DNA from: Phoronis australis
Taxonomy: Eukaryota; Animalia; Phoronida
Direction of reading: 5' to 3'
NCBI GenBank assembly: GCA_002633005.1
Contig: NMRA01000229.1
Location: 395,044-446,546 of the forward strand
DNA length: 51,503 bases
Part shown: positions 1 to 10,840 of the stretch, one piece after another
How positions within the stretch are numbered: position 1 is the first letter of the stretch
Layout: every line of letters begins with the position of its first letter
Notes under the pieces: generated by a model
What the model saw: only the letters and a program-made list of their open reading frames with translations
Databases searched by the model: none
What the model was told of the DNA's origin: nothing
Translations under genes and position numbers: made by a program

Positions 1-1879
1 CAGCTCTTTCAAGATTGATGCCAATGAGGCATGAGCAGATGGCAGGAGCAGGATTCGTTGAAATCATTAAAACATGGTTTAGTTTCCTTTTTAAGTGAAA
101 TCAAATTTTCACAAACAAACAAAGCTCATTTTCTCAGGTTAACACTCTTTAGAATAAAGGTCCTTTGGTCTTGAGATCAAAAACCTATAAAAAGGCCACT
201 GCTCCTAAAACGTCTTTCCGAATAACTCCTCTTTGTACTATCGACCTGCAGGGATGCTAAAAGGGACACACCTAACAGATTTGAACTACAAAGAAATCAC
301 AAAAGTATTGTTATTATTATAATTGTTAATGTTATATTATTGTTTGTGTAAAACAGAGTATTTTCGTAGGAATGTACTCCATGTCTATGGTCTGAAGCTT
401 CAGTGTTATATCCAATCCTTAGTGCGACAACAAAAATGGTTGCTCTAATGTGCAAACCTCATAGCCAAATACATGCTCCACTGGTGACAAATATTCACCA
501 TATGAACAAGACATACGCGTAAAGTATAACTAAAGATTCCATAACTAAATATATACCTCACAGGAGTGATAGCTTTTGCAATGTGTGCAAGGATACCTGC
601 CAAATGATAACAGTTCTATTCTAAGTAAATTGTGAATAGTGTAAAAATATGAAACTAACTAGATACCTGTCAGGCCTAAGTTTAATACAATATACAAAAA
701 ATGCCTGTAATTCCCTAAAATTAAGTCTTAGACACTGTAATAAAAGCTGTTTCATGAGAGCTTTCACAATGCATTTATTACGAAAAAGAACATCCTGCCC
801 AATCTTCAAACTTTTATCATAGCAAAACGTATGTTTAAAAACTTCAATTGTATTTTCAGGCAATAGACTGAATTGATGTCATCAAGAGTATGAAGTCTGG
901 AAACTTTAAGATAAAGGGAAATTTTCCAAGCTATGCCATGATGCTGAGAGTGATGATGACAATACGACAGTCTCCATCGAGGTGGTAAAAGAGTCATTGG
1001 GAACTGTTTGTGATGCTCAAAGGGATGATAGCAGGACATTTGTTAATGGCATAGCGAGTTACCAGGATCTGCCCTTATTAATGGTAGTGACAATGAATAT
1101 TTTAATTATGATTTTTGTGTCTTAAGCTATAAAGTGTCACCTTCGTTCCTTAGGGTCTTCAACATCACCATCATCACTTCAACCACAGCCTTTCAGAACC
1201 TGAGTTTTGTTAATTAGACAGTACAGGCAAATGACATTGCAGGTTTTGCAGTTTAAACATCTTTAAAAGAAACTGCTTTCAGTTATTGAGAATTGTAGTC
1301 ACTATGCATAAGAGGTTTTGTGTGAAGAAAGCAAATACCATTTAATCTAACACTGTCAAATTTTCTTTTATTACATTTTTAGTGGTAATTGTTACTAAAA
1401 TGGTCGGATTCTATAATTGTGGTGACTGGAAGTCTGCCAAGATGTGCAGGATGAAACTGTACATGCATATCACAAGCATTGTTCCTATGGATGTATATGT
1501 ACCCTCTATTTTTGGTGCCCAACACTTGATTTTAAAGATAATTTGGGTATTCATAGTTCACTATGTGCAAGATCAGTAAATGGTTAAATGTTCATCTGTG
1601 AGAGTTTTTGTTGGCGAATTGAGCAAGAATGTCATTCACAATGGTGTCAACGTATTTGTTGAAGTGTATTTTTAACAAAGGTATCAACTTATACCGTAGA
1701 ACCTGACACAGATAGTGTCATCTGCTCACGTTTCAGAATAATAAACAGATAAAAGCATCATACATTTCTAAGTTTGAAAGTGATGAAATCTGTTATAGAC
1801 ACATGCATGATATTAAAGTGGTCTTTGGAGGAGTGTATTTTGGCACAGAAAGACTTTAACCGAATGTGACACATACATA

Positions 1880-2140
1880 CCTGTAGTTGCGGGGCATGTA
1901 TATTGGGTGGATTGTAAGAACAGTGGAAAACCGGGATATATAATGTAGTGGGGCATATATCTAATGGGACATATAAAGTTGCGGGCTATATATTGTATAC
2001 ACCTAACGGGACATATATACTTGCGGGCTATATATTGTACTGGGGCATATACCTAGCGAGTTATATATAGTTGCGGGATATATATTGTTCCGGGGCATAT
2101 ACCCAATGGGTCATATATAGTTGCGGGCTATATATTTTAT
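1880..2140. repeat. Degenerate minisatellite (irregular ~40-50 bp units)
   Basis: The core (G/C)TTGCGGG..TATATATTGT recurs at ~1886, 1978, 2020, 2070 and 2120, interleaved with GGGGCATATA. Confidence 0.8.
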
Positions 2141-2217
2141 ATATACCCCGGAACAAGGTCTCAAAATTTTACCCCACTCCAAGGTTTCACATAATAACCC
2201 CACATCTGCATATAAAC

Positions 2218-2251
<34 letters not shown>

Positions 2252-2280
2252 CACACACACACACACACGCGCGCGCGCAC
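2218..2280. repeat. Compound microsatellite (TA)n(CA)n(CG)n
   Basis: Directly visible dinucleotide runs. Confidence 0.95.
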
Positions 2281-2349
2281 GTATATACATATATTAGTTT
2301 TATGTGAACATCAAACACCGTAGTTCATTTAAATTTTGACACATCAACA

Positions 2350-2478
2350 GTCATTGGATACTTGCAACACTTCTGTTTGCCGTCAAGTGTCAGGTAACGC
2401 GACTGGACGTGCTGTTATCGAGTAGAACTAGTCGATCTAAATTGGTACAAAATAGGTTGTTTTGGGGGTCATTCTCCT
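2350..2478 (+). mobile_element. Right-end fragment of the Kolobok-like element family
   Basis: Aligns with 12345-12474 (GTGTCAGGTAACGC...TTATCGAGTAGAACTA.TCGATCTAAATTG...CATTCTCCT) and ends in TCCT followed by TTCA, a decayed TTAA. Confidence 0.8.
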
Positions 2479-2606
2479 TTCATTTTATATATACTGTCGG
2501 TAGTTGTTGGCAAACAATCCATCCATCCTTTCCATGGGTCATTATATTCCATAAAGAAAAGTTTTTGTTTATGTTCAATTAGTTTCCTGATTTTTTAATG
2601 AAACAT

Positions 2607-2925
2607 CAGTGGCGGATCTATAATACCATAATCGGGGGAGCAACATGTTGCCTCGGAGAATTGGGCAAAACGCGAGTGTATGTGCACAGGCGGCCCGAAA
2701 GTTGCGTCGGCCGGAGAAGCGGACCTTGTGTTTAGAAAATGTATCGGTGGACTAAAAATAAAAAAACGGGAAAACGATTCCGCCGTCATCTGGAGTATGA
2801 GCACCCCTCATCCGTTACCGGTCCTAGTTACTGAACGCTGTTGCTGTTTCATTTTGCTTGCGGCAGCCAACGGGGAGGGGGTGGGCGAGCTCTCGCTGGC
2901 TCCCCCCCCCCTAAATCCGCCTCTG
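2607..2925. mobile_element. MITE with CAG(T/A)GGCGGAT termini (hAT-like)
   Basis: Terminal inverted repeats CAGTGGCGGATCTA / TAAATCCGCCTCTG. Its right ~100 bp is similar, inverted, to 14587-14672. No TSD is visible. Confidence 0.65.
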
Positions 2926-3899
2926 TGCGTCCCTGTTTTCTTGGTGAGGCCGAGAACTTACTGAACGACCCTCGTATGTCTACAACCCAGATATAATGCT
3001 TCGCGATTTCTAGGTTTGTCATAGTTTTCCTTGCATGTTCTGTGTAATTCTTCAAACAATATATATACATATATCACCTAATAGGTGATAACACCTCATA
3101 GGTGATAGCGATTTCTGTAAGCTCCCCGCACAGGAGACGACGTACTGAAGTTTTCTTTCTCAATGATGCAGTGGTGGGCAGGTGACCCCGGTGCCGTGGG
3201 CCAGGCAACATATGACAGACCCACAAAGAAGATTTTTAAGGTAGATTTCGAATTGCAAATTTTCTTTTAGGGGAGACCGAATTTCAAAGATTCGGATCTT
3301 AATTGCCAGCGGAGGCGTTCGTCCCTAGTTAGCCAGTTGCCCACGTCAGCCAGTCGACGCCAGTCAACATTTTTTGAGCTTCACTTGTTTGGTCCCTGGT
3401 CAACACCTCGCATTTTCGCTTGCTAACAAGTTCACATAGAGTCCACTGCGGTGTAGGCCTACGCTGATATCAAACTGTGATATTGTATATTTGCGTTGAG
3501 GGGGTTATCAAGTTACATTGTACAGTGTAGGCAAGGAGTGTACGAGTATAGGAGAGTTCACTCTACCATTTTACCATTCGCCGCAATGGTTACCGGTCGA
3601 AACACTAGCGCTCCAAGCGGTGAATAATCAATACTTACTTAGGAGCGCAGTCCGAACAATGTAAACACTGATGAATTCATACTTTAATGACGTTCAACGT
3701 GCAATAAAATTACTGTGTGATTGAAAATGGTTAGAATACGTAAACAAACATCCACTTATAATCGAATGAGAATGAAAATGTGTATTTTAATCAATATTAA
3801 AGTGTATTTGTTTTTATTCTCTTGAAGCTCCCTTCAAAATCTATCACGGTTTTGTTTCATGTTTGAGTTCTTAACAAGGCAAATTATCTTTCCTTATAA

Positions 3900-4545
3900 N
3901 NNNNNNNNNNNNNNNNNNNNNNNNNNNNNNNNNNNNNNNNNNNNNNNNNNNNNNNNNNNNNNNNNNNNNNNNNNNNNNNNNNNNNNNNNNNNNNNNNNNN
4001 NNNNNNNNNNNNNNNNNNNNNNNNNNNNNNNNNNNNNNNNNNNNNNNNNNNNNNNNNNNNNNNNNNNNNNNNNNNNNNNNNNNNNNNNNNNNNNNNNNNN
4101 NNNNNNNNNNNNNNNNNNNNNNNNNNNNNNNNNNNNNNNNNNNNNNNNNNNNNNNNNNNNNNNNNNNNNNNNNNNNNNNNNNNNNNNNNNNNNNNNNNNN
4201 NNNNNNNNNNNNNNNNNNNNNNNNNNNNNNNNNNNNNNNNNNNNNNNNNNNNNNNNNNNNNNNNNNNNNNNNNNNNNNNNNNNNNNNNNNNNNNNNNNNN
4301 NNNNNNNNNNNNNNNNNNNNNNNNNNNNNNNNNNNNNNNNNNNNNNNNNNNNNNNNNNNNNNNNNNNNNNNNNNNNNNNNNNNNNNNNNNNNNNNNNNNN
4401 NNNNNNNNNNNNNNNNNNNNNNNNNNNNNNNNNNNNNNNNNNNNNNNNNNNNNNNNNNNNNNNNNNNNNNNNNNNNNNNNNNNNNNNNNNNNNNNNNNNN
4501 NNNNNNNNNNNNNNNNNNNNNNNNNNNNNNNNNNNNNNNNNNNNN
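3900..4545. other. Assembly gap (646 N)
   Basis: Run of N. Confidence 1.
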
Positions 4546-4596
4546 CACAAAATGAAAGACAATGTATCATATTATTGAATAACAGATAATCCTTAC

Positions 4597-4694
4597 CTTT
4601 CTGGATCCTTAGGAAACCTACAAAATGACACGTCTGGGGTTTTCGTGGATGAATTCATGCAATTTATCGCACTGCAAAATGCGTCCGTCCCCAT
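4597..4694 (-). CDS. First exon of a THAP-domain transposase (partial)
   Basis: ATG at 4694 translates as MGTDAFCSAINCMNSSTKTPDVSFCRFPKDPE(R), the THAP C-x4-C...F.FP.D motif. It ends at an AG|GTAAG donor (phase 2); the rest would lie in or beyond the gap. Confidence 0.75.
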
Positions 4695-4945
4695 TGTTTT
4701 GGCGCCTCCTGGGTGACCGTAGCTTGTTCACCACTTGGCGGCGCTAGTAGTAGCGGTAACAGCGAACTCACAAGTGAACTCTCCTATACTACTACACTCC
4801 TTGGTGTAGGTGACGTTTGGCGCGTGAGTTCAAAAACGCTACAAGCACAGAGTTTATCAGTGAACTGGTCGAGGCGTCTAGTGAGCAATGGGCAAATAGT
4901 ATATGGAATACGACTCGCCGATTGAGGAAATATGGATAACTAAAA

Positions 4946-5617
4946 CTATGACGGGAAATATACCAGACATGGAAGCAAACTGTTGTTTAGCTTTCCTCGC
5001 CTCCTCGTCTTTGGGAAACCGTACAAACCGTTGCGAACCTCCCAGACGGCTTTCCCCACAGCTGCTTTGGACACTCGTAATGATTCGCCGACTAGGGAGT
5101 AGAATGCGCCAGTTGTCATTAATCGTGGAGTAAGAAAAAATTTATAAAGTGGCGGCAAAAAGTGGAGTGACACGGCGGGTTAAGTTAAGATGAAGAAGGC
5201 TTAAAATGAAAACTATTGTCTCTGCACTGAAACGGAAACGCTGAAATATGGTACGTCGACTTAAATTTTCCAAAGGATTTGATATGTCTCTCAATGGTCT
5301 TTCGATTCTTCTCTTGCTCGTTGAATAATTCGCCTGTGTCTCACATCCGCCATTAGTTATTTTTGAGTACGATTTCAAGCACACTGCGGAACGAAACTTG
5401 AAAATTTGAGCATACACTCGAAAGTTTTACTCAAACTAGTCCCCGAAATATTGATGAGATACACTTCACTTCGAATATACCCGAAAAGTGAGTACGTGCG
5501 TACAGATTTTCCAAGTATGACATTGAATACACCAAAGATGAGTCTGTACTCGAGTTGAGTATGAAGTGTGAGTTTGAGTATGAGTAGAGTCTGAGTACGG
5601 AGATTGGAGACCGGCCC
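4946..5617 (-). mobile_element. PIF/Harbinger transposon 5' remnant with a frameshifted HARBI1-like transposase N-terminus
   Basis: RRIERPLRDISNPLENLSRRTIFQRFRFSAETIVFILSLL (5142-5417 frame) continues in another frame as LMTTGAFYSLVGESLRVSKAAVGKAVWEV..FP, matching the HARBI1-type HTH region. A GGGCCGG end lies at 5617 with repeated ACTC subterminal motifs. The other end was not found. Confidence 0.8.
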
Positions 5618-5673
5618 AAGTTTTGACTTTAATGCCTGTTGCGCTGACAATATAACACGTGATAATGATGAGA

Positions 5674-5802
5674 AATATATATATATATATACATTGTATA
5701 TATGTACAGTACATATATATATATACATATATATATATACATGTATATACCAATTTTATGTGACGATCAAACACCGTAGTTCATGATTTTGACACATCAA
5801 CA
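5674..5802. repeat. TA-rich microsatellite plus a ~50-bp tail duplicated from ~2218-2350
   Basis: TTTTATGTGA..ATCAAACACCGTAGTTCAT..TTTTGACACATCAACAG follows a TA microsatellite at both loci. Confidence 0.8.
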
Positions 5803-7122
5803 GCAAGTACGTTACACGTAGGTATTACCAACGATATTTGTTGGAGTTGCGCTAGCCTTCATCAAACCACAAACACATTTCTGCTGCTGTATGTTTTACC
5901 CACACATTTCGGTATCAAGACAAGTTTAAAGAAAAATAGAATTTCAAAACACATTTTGCCATGAAGAATACCATTTGTATGAACGGATGAAGGTGTTAAT
6001 ACTTAATCATTAACAAATTACATTATATCAACTTCACAAGGAACTCTGATTAATACACTGTATGGTGTTGACCAAAAATATAATTTGTTAGGGTACAAAA
6101 TAAAGTTCCGGTAATCAGGTAAATGTTGATTCATTTTTTGGCCTCCTGACTGTCTGAATGGGTATCAAACAACACAACTTTGTGCTCCATTGTACTTACA
6201 TTTTCAATGGTCTCCCCTTAATTCTTTCAAAATGTTATTGCTGATTGTGCCTGTTTACTTTAATATAGATAAGTGCGGTAGGTCAGGGTAGGACATTGTT
6301 GATAGACCAGGTGTCCAGGTTTGACTGAGTTGAATTTCTCTGTTGGATTGATCATGATTGCGATATGGGGAGAGAATTGCTGTAAAAGTCGACAAGAATT
6401 AATACAGAGTTTAACTCCGTTTTGAGACTGTTTTTTCTCCTACGTGCCTCAGAAGTCCTACCTGATTAACCACTTGTTCAGTGTACATGTAAATATCAAA
6501 ACGATCCTGGTATTTACATGTCGTTTTATGTTTTAACAGCAGTTGGGGAAGTAATTTGTAAAAGCTTGTACTGTGCATTGCTATTTTGACCAATTCAAGA
6601 GGCTACTAGTGTTTCAATGTTTCTCATTGGTAAAATTCTTGAGACAACATTTTTGTCCACGATTCTTTGTACACAGCTCTAAATTTCAAAATAATTATAA
6701 TAGGAAGATGTGCAACATTAAACGCGGGAGCTTTTACGTTTGTAAAGTATAGATATGAATGAGATGGGAAACGTCAGAAAAAATACCACAAAAAACATGA
6801 AAATACTCACGAAACCTTTTTTCAAAACTTCTATAAGCTCAGAGGTTCACTAACAATATATTCAGCCAATACCATGAGTTTTCGTGATCAGATCAACGAA
6901 ATCCCAAGAGGGGCAGATTCGACATCAAATCTTTATGCTTTGAACAAAAGACCATTTTTCGGCGTCAAAAGAAACTGTTAACAATTTGGGAACATGATCG
7001 TGGCAATTTGTTCTGGAGATTGATGTGTTTCACAAATACATACGGTAAGAAACATCAATTCCTAAGAAACACTTTTCGGAGGGTGTATGTATGGTAGCAG
7101 AGTTGCATTTGAGTGGAACATC

Positions 7123-9069
7123 TCAGTGATCTGTGTACATGTCATAATATAAACTTCCGTCAGGGTAGAACTGATCCAGGCATGCGTGGTGGCCCGGTTC
7201 CGGGCAGCGAGGGAATGACCCTTTCACAAACTCGTAAGTGCCTCCTTGCATTGTATGGGGAATATGCCTGTATATTTCCGATCTGTACTTATTCCTTCCG
7301 TTCAGACTGGGGCTTGGCGGAGCTTGTGACCAAGTGTCTCCAAACAAAACCCGAGTTGTATTGTATCCTGTTCGCCTCATGTAGTTTATCGACGACATCA
7401 TGCCGAAGGGCGTGAAGTCAGTAACCCAGTTAGTTGTTTTCATTTTTTTACTTCCGAATACTATTCGGCACCCTAGTGACTCTATTTCTCTGTTCCATTT
7501 AGAGACCTCAGATATATTGCCTTTGTGATAATGCAAGTCGGAGTCGAGTTCCCAAGGCATAACTGCATTCATTTTGAGCACTCCCAGGAGGGTGCCGCAA
7601 TACGTTTCCAAAACAACGCTGCGGTTGTTTGCAAGTTGATTGACTTTTTCAAAGCACACGGACATCTGCTTTAAGCAGCAAGGTGCTTCTGCCATACCTT
7701 TGCGCCTCAGTGGACACTTAATCGTCACCTCCGAGCACGTAAACTCAAAAACTTTTTCAAACGCAGAAATTTTCGTGAACTTGTAGGTGCGAGCAAGGGG
7801 TAGCCAATGCTGCTTACCATATCCCTTTTCCAGGACAATGCGATCAACGTGAAACATTGTATCGGGACAGACCATATTTGCGGTTCCTTTCTTTTTTGCG
7901 TTGAAAAACATACTTTCGAACAAAAAACTGTCAACTGTCTTGACCTCATTTAACAGTTTTTGCAAATAAGCAGTCCTTCCCAAAAATGGACCTGTCATGT
8001 GCTCACAGTATATGCAAGAGTCCATAGACAAATAGTAACCGTGAATATAACGCAGTTCGTAAAGCTTCGTGTAAATCTGATAACAATTCTTCCACCAGTG
8101 CCCGTTGATTCCTACACTTGACCCGCCAACTACTGGAATGCTGTGTCTGAATGCCACATCTACTAGTCTTTCAATCCGTGTATAGTTGGTGAATCTGTAA
8201 ACATCTCGTAGAACCACAGTATATTTTGTGTCAACTTTTGATATTAGCGTTTTCCAGGCTTGGCCCTCATTGTGGAACTCGTCGCTTATTACTTGGATAT
8301 TGCCTTGGTCAACAAGGTCGTGTTTGGTAGCAACAACGATTAACAATTTCGGATAGTATCTGCGTATTTGATTTAATAAATCAGCTAATTCTTGCTTGGT
8401 ATAACTCAACCCATTGAGCACAAAACTGACAACATTTTCTAATGGGTGAGCATTGGAACATCTGGGAAACTCCCATCCCTGCTCGTCTAGAACTACGGGT
8501 TGTCCATCTCTGCCACCTATTGAGCGAGACCCCTTTGTCAACCCGTTGTAAACCTCAGGGCATACGTCGACTAATGGTTGCTTGTCGCTCTTCAACGCAC
8601 TTCGGCTGGAGCTTGTTTCAATTTTTGAACTTATAAAGTTCTCGATTTTCCCAATAGCTCTATCCAGTATAAAGCGTTGTTTCGTTCCCGGGATTGCTTC
8701 CCCCCGTGCTTCCAATAAGACTTTAGCTATTTCTAAAAGATGACCTTTGCCCAACACCGCTTCCTTCGCAGCTTCCTCTTTTATCAAATAACCATCGGCG
8801 ATGGTGTCACTTGGCATGTTGCATTTTTCACATTTACACGTGCGTATTGTTGTCCACTGGATAATAGGTTCAACACCTGCGCAAATGCTTAAGTAGATGC
8901 CTATTAGTACTGCCGAAGCGACCAGAACAGAAAACAACGCTTTGCATACGACAAGCGGAGACCACGACATTCTTTCAATCCCCCGAATGATCAATCTGAA
9001 AAGAAAAACAGCCAGTAGCCAAACATTTGATAGGTGTTGGTTGCGCAACGATATCAATCGCAACCGCAT
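7123..9069 (-). CDS. FKRP-like / LicD-family nucleotidyltransferase-fold protein with N-terminal TM anchor and GT-A-like stem (648 aa from ATG 9069; 615 aa from ATG 8970)
   Basis: The only long ORF in the window. It has a hydrophobic anchor (ALFSVLVASAVLIGIYLSIC) and a stem resembling the B4GALNT/FKRP-stem GT-A fold (IRRYYPKLLIVVA; VDTKYTVVLRDVYRFTNYTRIERLVDV; PVVGG; GPFLGRT). This is followed by APCCL and the LicD motif YCGTLLGVLKMNAVMPWELDSDL (compare FKRP [20 protein letters not shown]). Confidence 0.9.
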   Translation of the reverse strand: MRLRLISLRNQHLSNVWLLAVFLFRLIIRGIERMSWSPLVVCKALFSVLVASAVLIGIYLSICAGVEPIIQWTTIRTCKCEKCNMPSDTIADGYLIKEEAAKEAVLGKGHLLEIAKVLLEARGEAIPGTKQRFILDRAIGKIENFISSKIETSSSRSALKSDKQPLVDVCPEVYNGLTKGSRSIGGRDGQPVVLDEQGWEFPRCSNAHPLENVVSFVLNGLSYTKQELADLLNQIRRYYPKLLIVVATKHDLVDQGNIQVISDEFHNEGQAWKTLISKVDTKYTVVLRDVYRFTNYTRIERLVDVAFRHSIPVVGGSSVGINGHWWKNCYQIYTKLYELRYIHGYYLSMDSCIYCEHMTGPFLGRTAYLQKLLNEVKTVDSFLFESMFFNAKKKGTANMVCPDTMFHVDRIVLEKGYGKQHWLPLARTYKFTKISAFEKVFEFTCSEVTIKCPLRRKGMAEAPCCLKQMSVCFEKVNQLANNRSVVLETYCGTLLGVLKMNAVMPWELDSDLHYHKGNISEVSKWNREIESLGCRIVFGSKKMKTTNWVTDFTPFGMMSSINYMRRTGYNTTRVLFGDTWSQAPPSPSLNGRNKYRSEIYRHIPHTMQGGTYEFVKGSFPRCPEPGHHACLDQFYPDGSLYYDMYTDH

Positions 9070-9860
9070 TCTCAATGCTTTGTGTATTCTCGTAGCCTCA
9101 GATTTCCGCTCGGAAGTGTTCGGTATCTGGTAATTGAATTTCAGTCACAGAGCAGAACATTCTACATTTTGAACGTCACATAACATGAGCAGATATGAAT
9201 CACCGCAGAGGGTAAAACAAGGCAACGAAAATACACGAGGTTTTCCGAACATTGCAGATCCTGATTGCATCCAGAATATTTCCGGTATTTGTGTAGCCTC
9301 AACTGATCCCTTGGAGGCGTTTCGTGTCTGCACATGTGCGAAAATTTCGCACATCTACAAATATGAAACAACCTCCAAAAGTTAAACAGTACACTTCAGA
9401 CCGTCGCCGCGGTCAAGTTCGTGCTATAAATATGATTTGATCTTACCACTTCAAAGCTATGAGTAAATAATATGTAAAAGGGGCGAGGTCAGCAATAGAA
9501 ATGCATCTCCAAGGAGACTTCTCTAAAAGTCCAATTTGGCAATGATTACTGTCCATGTATAGAAAGAGTCAGACGAGAATTCACTTTTACTTATTTGTGA
9601 TCAACGCGTTGGCATCACATAACCAGAATTCTAGAAATGAACGACGTGTAACAACTTTTGACTTCAACCTGATTACTGTAATAAGCCATGTGAGAATTAG
9701 TATTCCTGTTGAGTTGCAGTATACATGGCAACGCGCTTATTACAAACCCCAGCAGTACCAACAGCCATGCAATGCACATGGATAAACGACAGTCACAACA
9801 ATCTCGGGGGCTAATTGAATTCGATTCCTAGAGTGTCAGTTGCCAAGGGCTTGATGGGCG

Positions 9861-9952
9861 ATAGTCACTTACAGGGGTTCCGTATTTTGAGAACCAGTTT
9901 GATGCCTGTTTTTAGCTGGTTCTCAAAATGCGCAACCCCTGTAAGCGACTAT
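9861..9952. repeat. 92-bp hairpin (37-bp arms, 34/37 match); probable tiny MITE
   Basis: ATAGTCACTTACAGGGGTTCCGTATTTTGAGAACCAG (9861-9897) pairs with 9916-9952 around an 18-nt loop. Confidence 0.85.
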
Positions 9953-10269
9953 TCCCGCTTAATGTAACGTTTCTTCTGACTCCTAACTAAGGGTCAAGGG
10001 CCCTCAGTATTGTCACAAGTCTCCAGTTTCCACAAGTAGAGTTTTTTATGATTGTTAGTGCAATTCTTCATCGAAAAATGTTGAGCTCTGCTTTTTCTAT
10101 ACTTTTCCTGTTCAAGTTCTGGCGTATTTTCCGTCATCTTAGCGAATTCCGCAAGTGTCAGTGTACACACAGTAACGCATGTTATTGTTCGACGCTGACC
10201 GGAAGCACTATACAGTCAGGAAATTGCTTTAAAATGGCTGCGGGCTTATAGTTTTGAATATCGCCGCTA

Positions 10270-10840
10270 GGTAAGTTGTGAATACATTCGAGGTACCGGC
10301 TGACTTAAAACCAACAATCGTGCCGCAATGAACACCGGATGACCCACGACAAACAAATCGTCCGCTGGAAAAGGTCCGCCAGAAACTCAAAAATAACACC
10401 CAAAAAGGAGCTACATGTAGCTCGTATGTTGGAGGTTCCACAATAATCAATTCCATGTGATTAAAATACATGTACGTGTAAAACCTACTGGTTACCAAAT
10501 GGCCTGTGACAGACAAAAACCCATTCTGGGTTGCGCGTGCCAGCCCCATAAATCTCAACCACGCAATTCTGTTGAAAGTGTGTGATATCTGAATTAGATA
10601 ACGGAAATTCCGACTAAATCCTGGTAGATTTTTGTAGAATTAAGAATTTCTACAAGGAAGGTGTGATTAGTTCTTAGTTTGCATTTCTTGGCGAAATCTT
10701 GTATTTCCGTAATACTTTCTCCGTGCTTAAAGTTAATAATATGGATGGTGGCGGAAAGTAAGCACTTTGGAAAATATCTGATAGCAGTAAAATTTTGGAA
10801 TACCAGGAACAGTCAAAAACAATCAATAAGTGATGATTAA
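10270..10840 (-). repeat. Interspersed repeat: inverted copy of the 16415-17905 family, interrupted by the Kolobok insertion and resuming at 12475-12515
   Basis: 10270-10560 matches the ~292-bp unit in reverse, and 10675-10840 matches 16451-16655 in reverse. Confidence 0.8.

Larger units (their letters stand above)
3532..4803 (-). mobile_element. P-superfamily DNA transposon (probably non-autonomous; spans the assembly gap)
   Basis: 31-bp TIRs (3532-3562 and 4773-4803, 29/31 match) with CA...TG ends. Perfect 7-bp TSD GTGTAGG at 3525-3531 and 4804-4810. Inner inverted motif ACTAGCGC..CCAAG.GGTGAA at ~3604-3627 and ~4724-4748. Contains a THAP exon. Confidence 0.88.

Noticed and set aside
860-1580. 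Possible decayed + strand exons (acidic stretch; Cys/His-rich stretch)
   Set aside because: There are stops and frameshifts and no family motif I can name.
3859-4578. Four 222-239 aa ORFs in the ORF track
   Set aside because: They are artefacts of translating through the N gap.
7123-9069. Bacterial contamination or recent HGT of licD
   Set aside because: The type II membrane anchor, Cys-rich lumenal domains and FKRP-like PCCL motif, embedded among animal TEs, argue against it. Being intronless is not evidence on its own.
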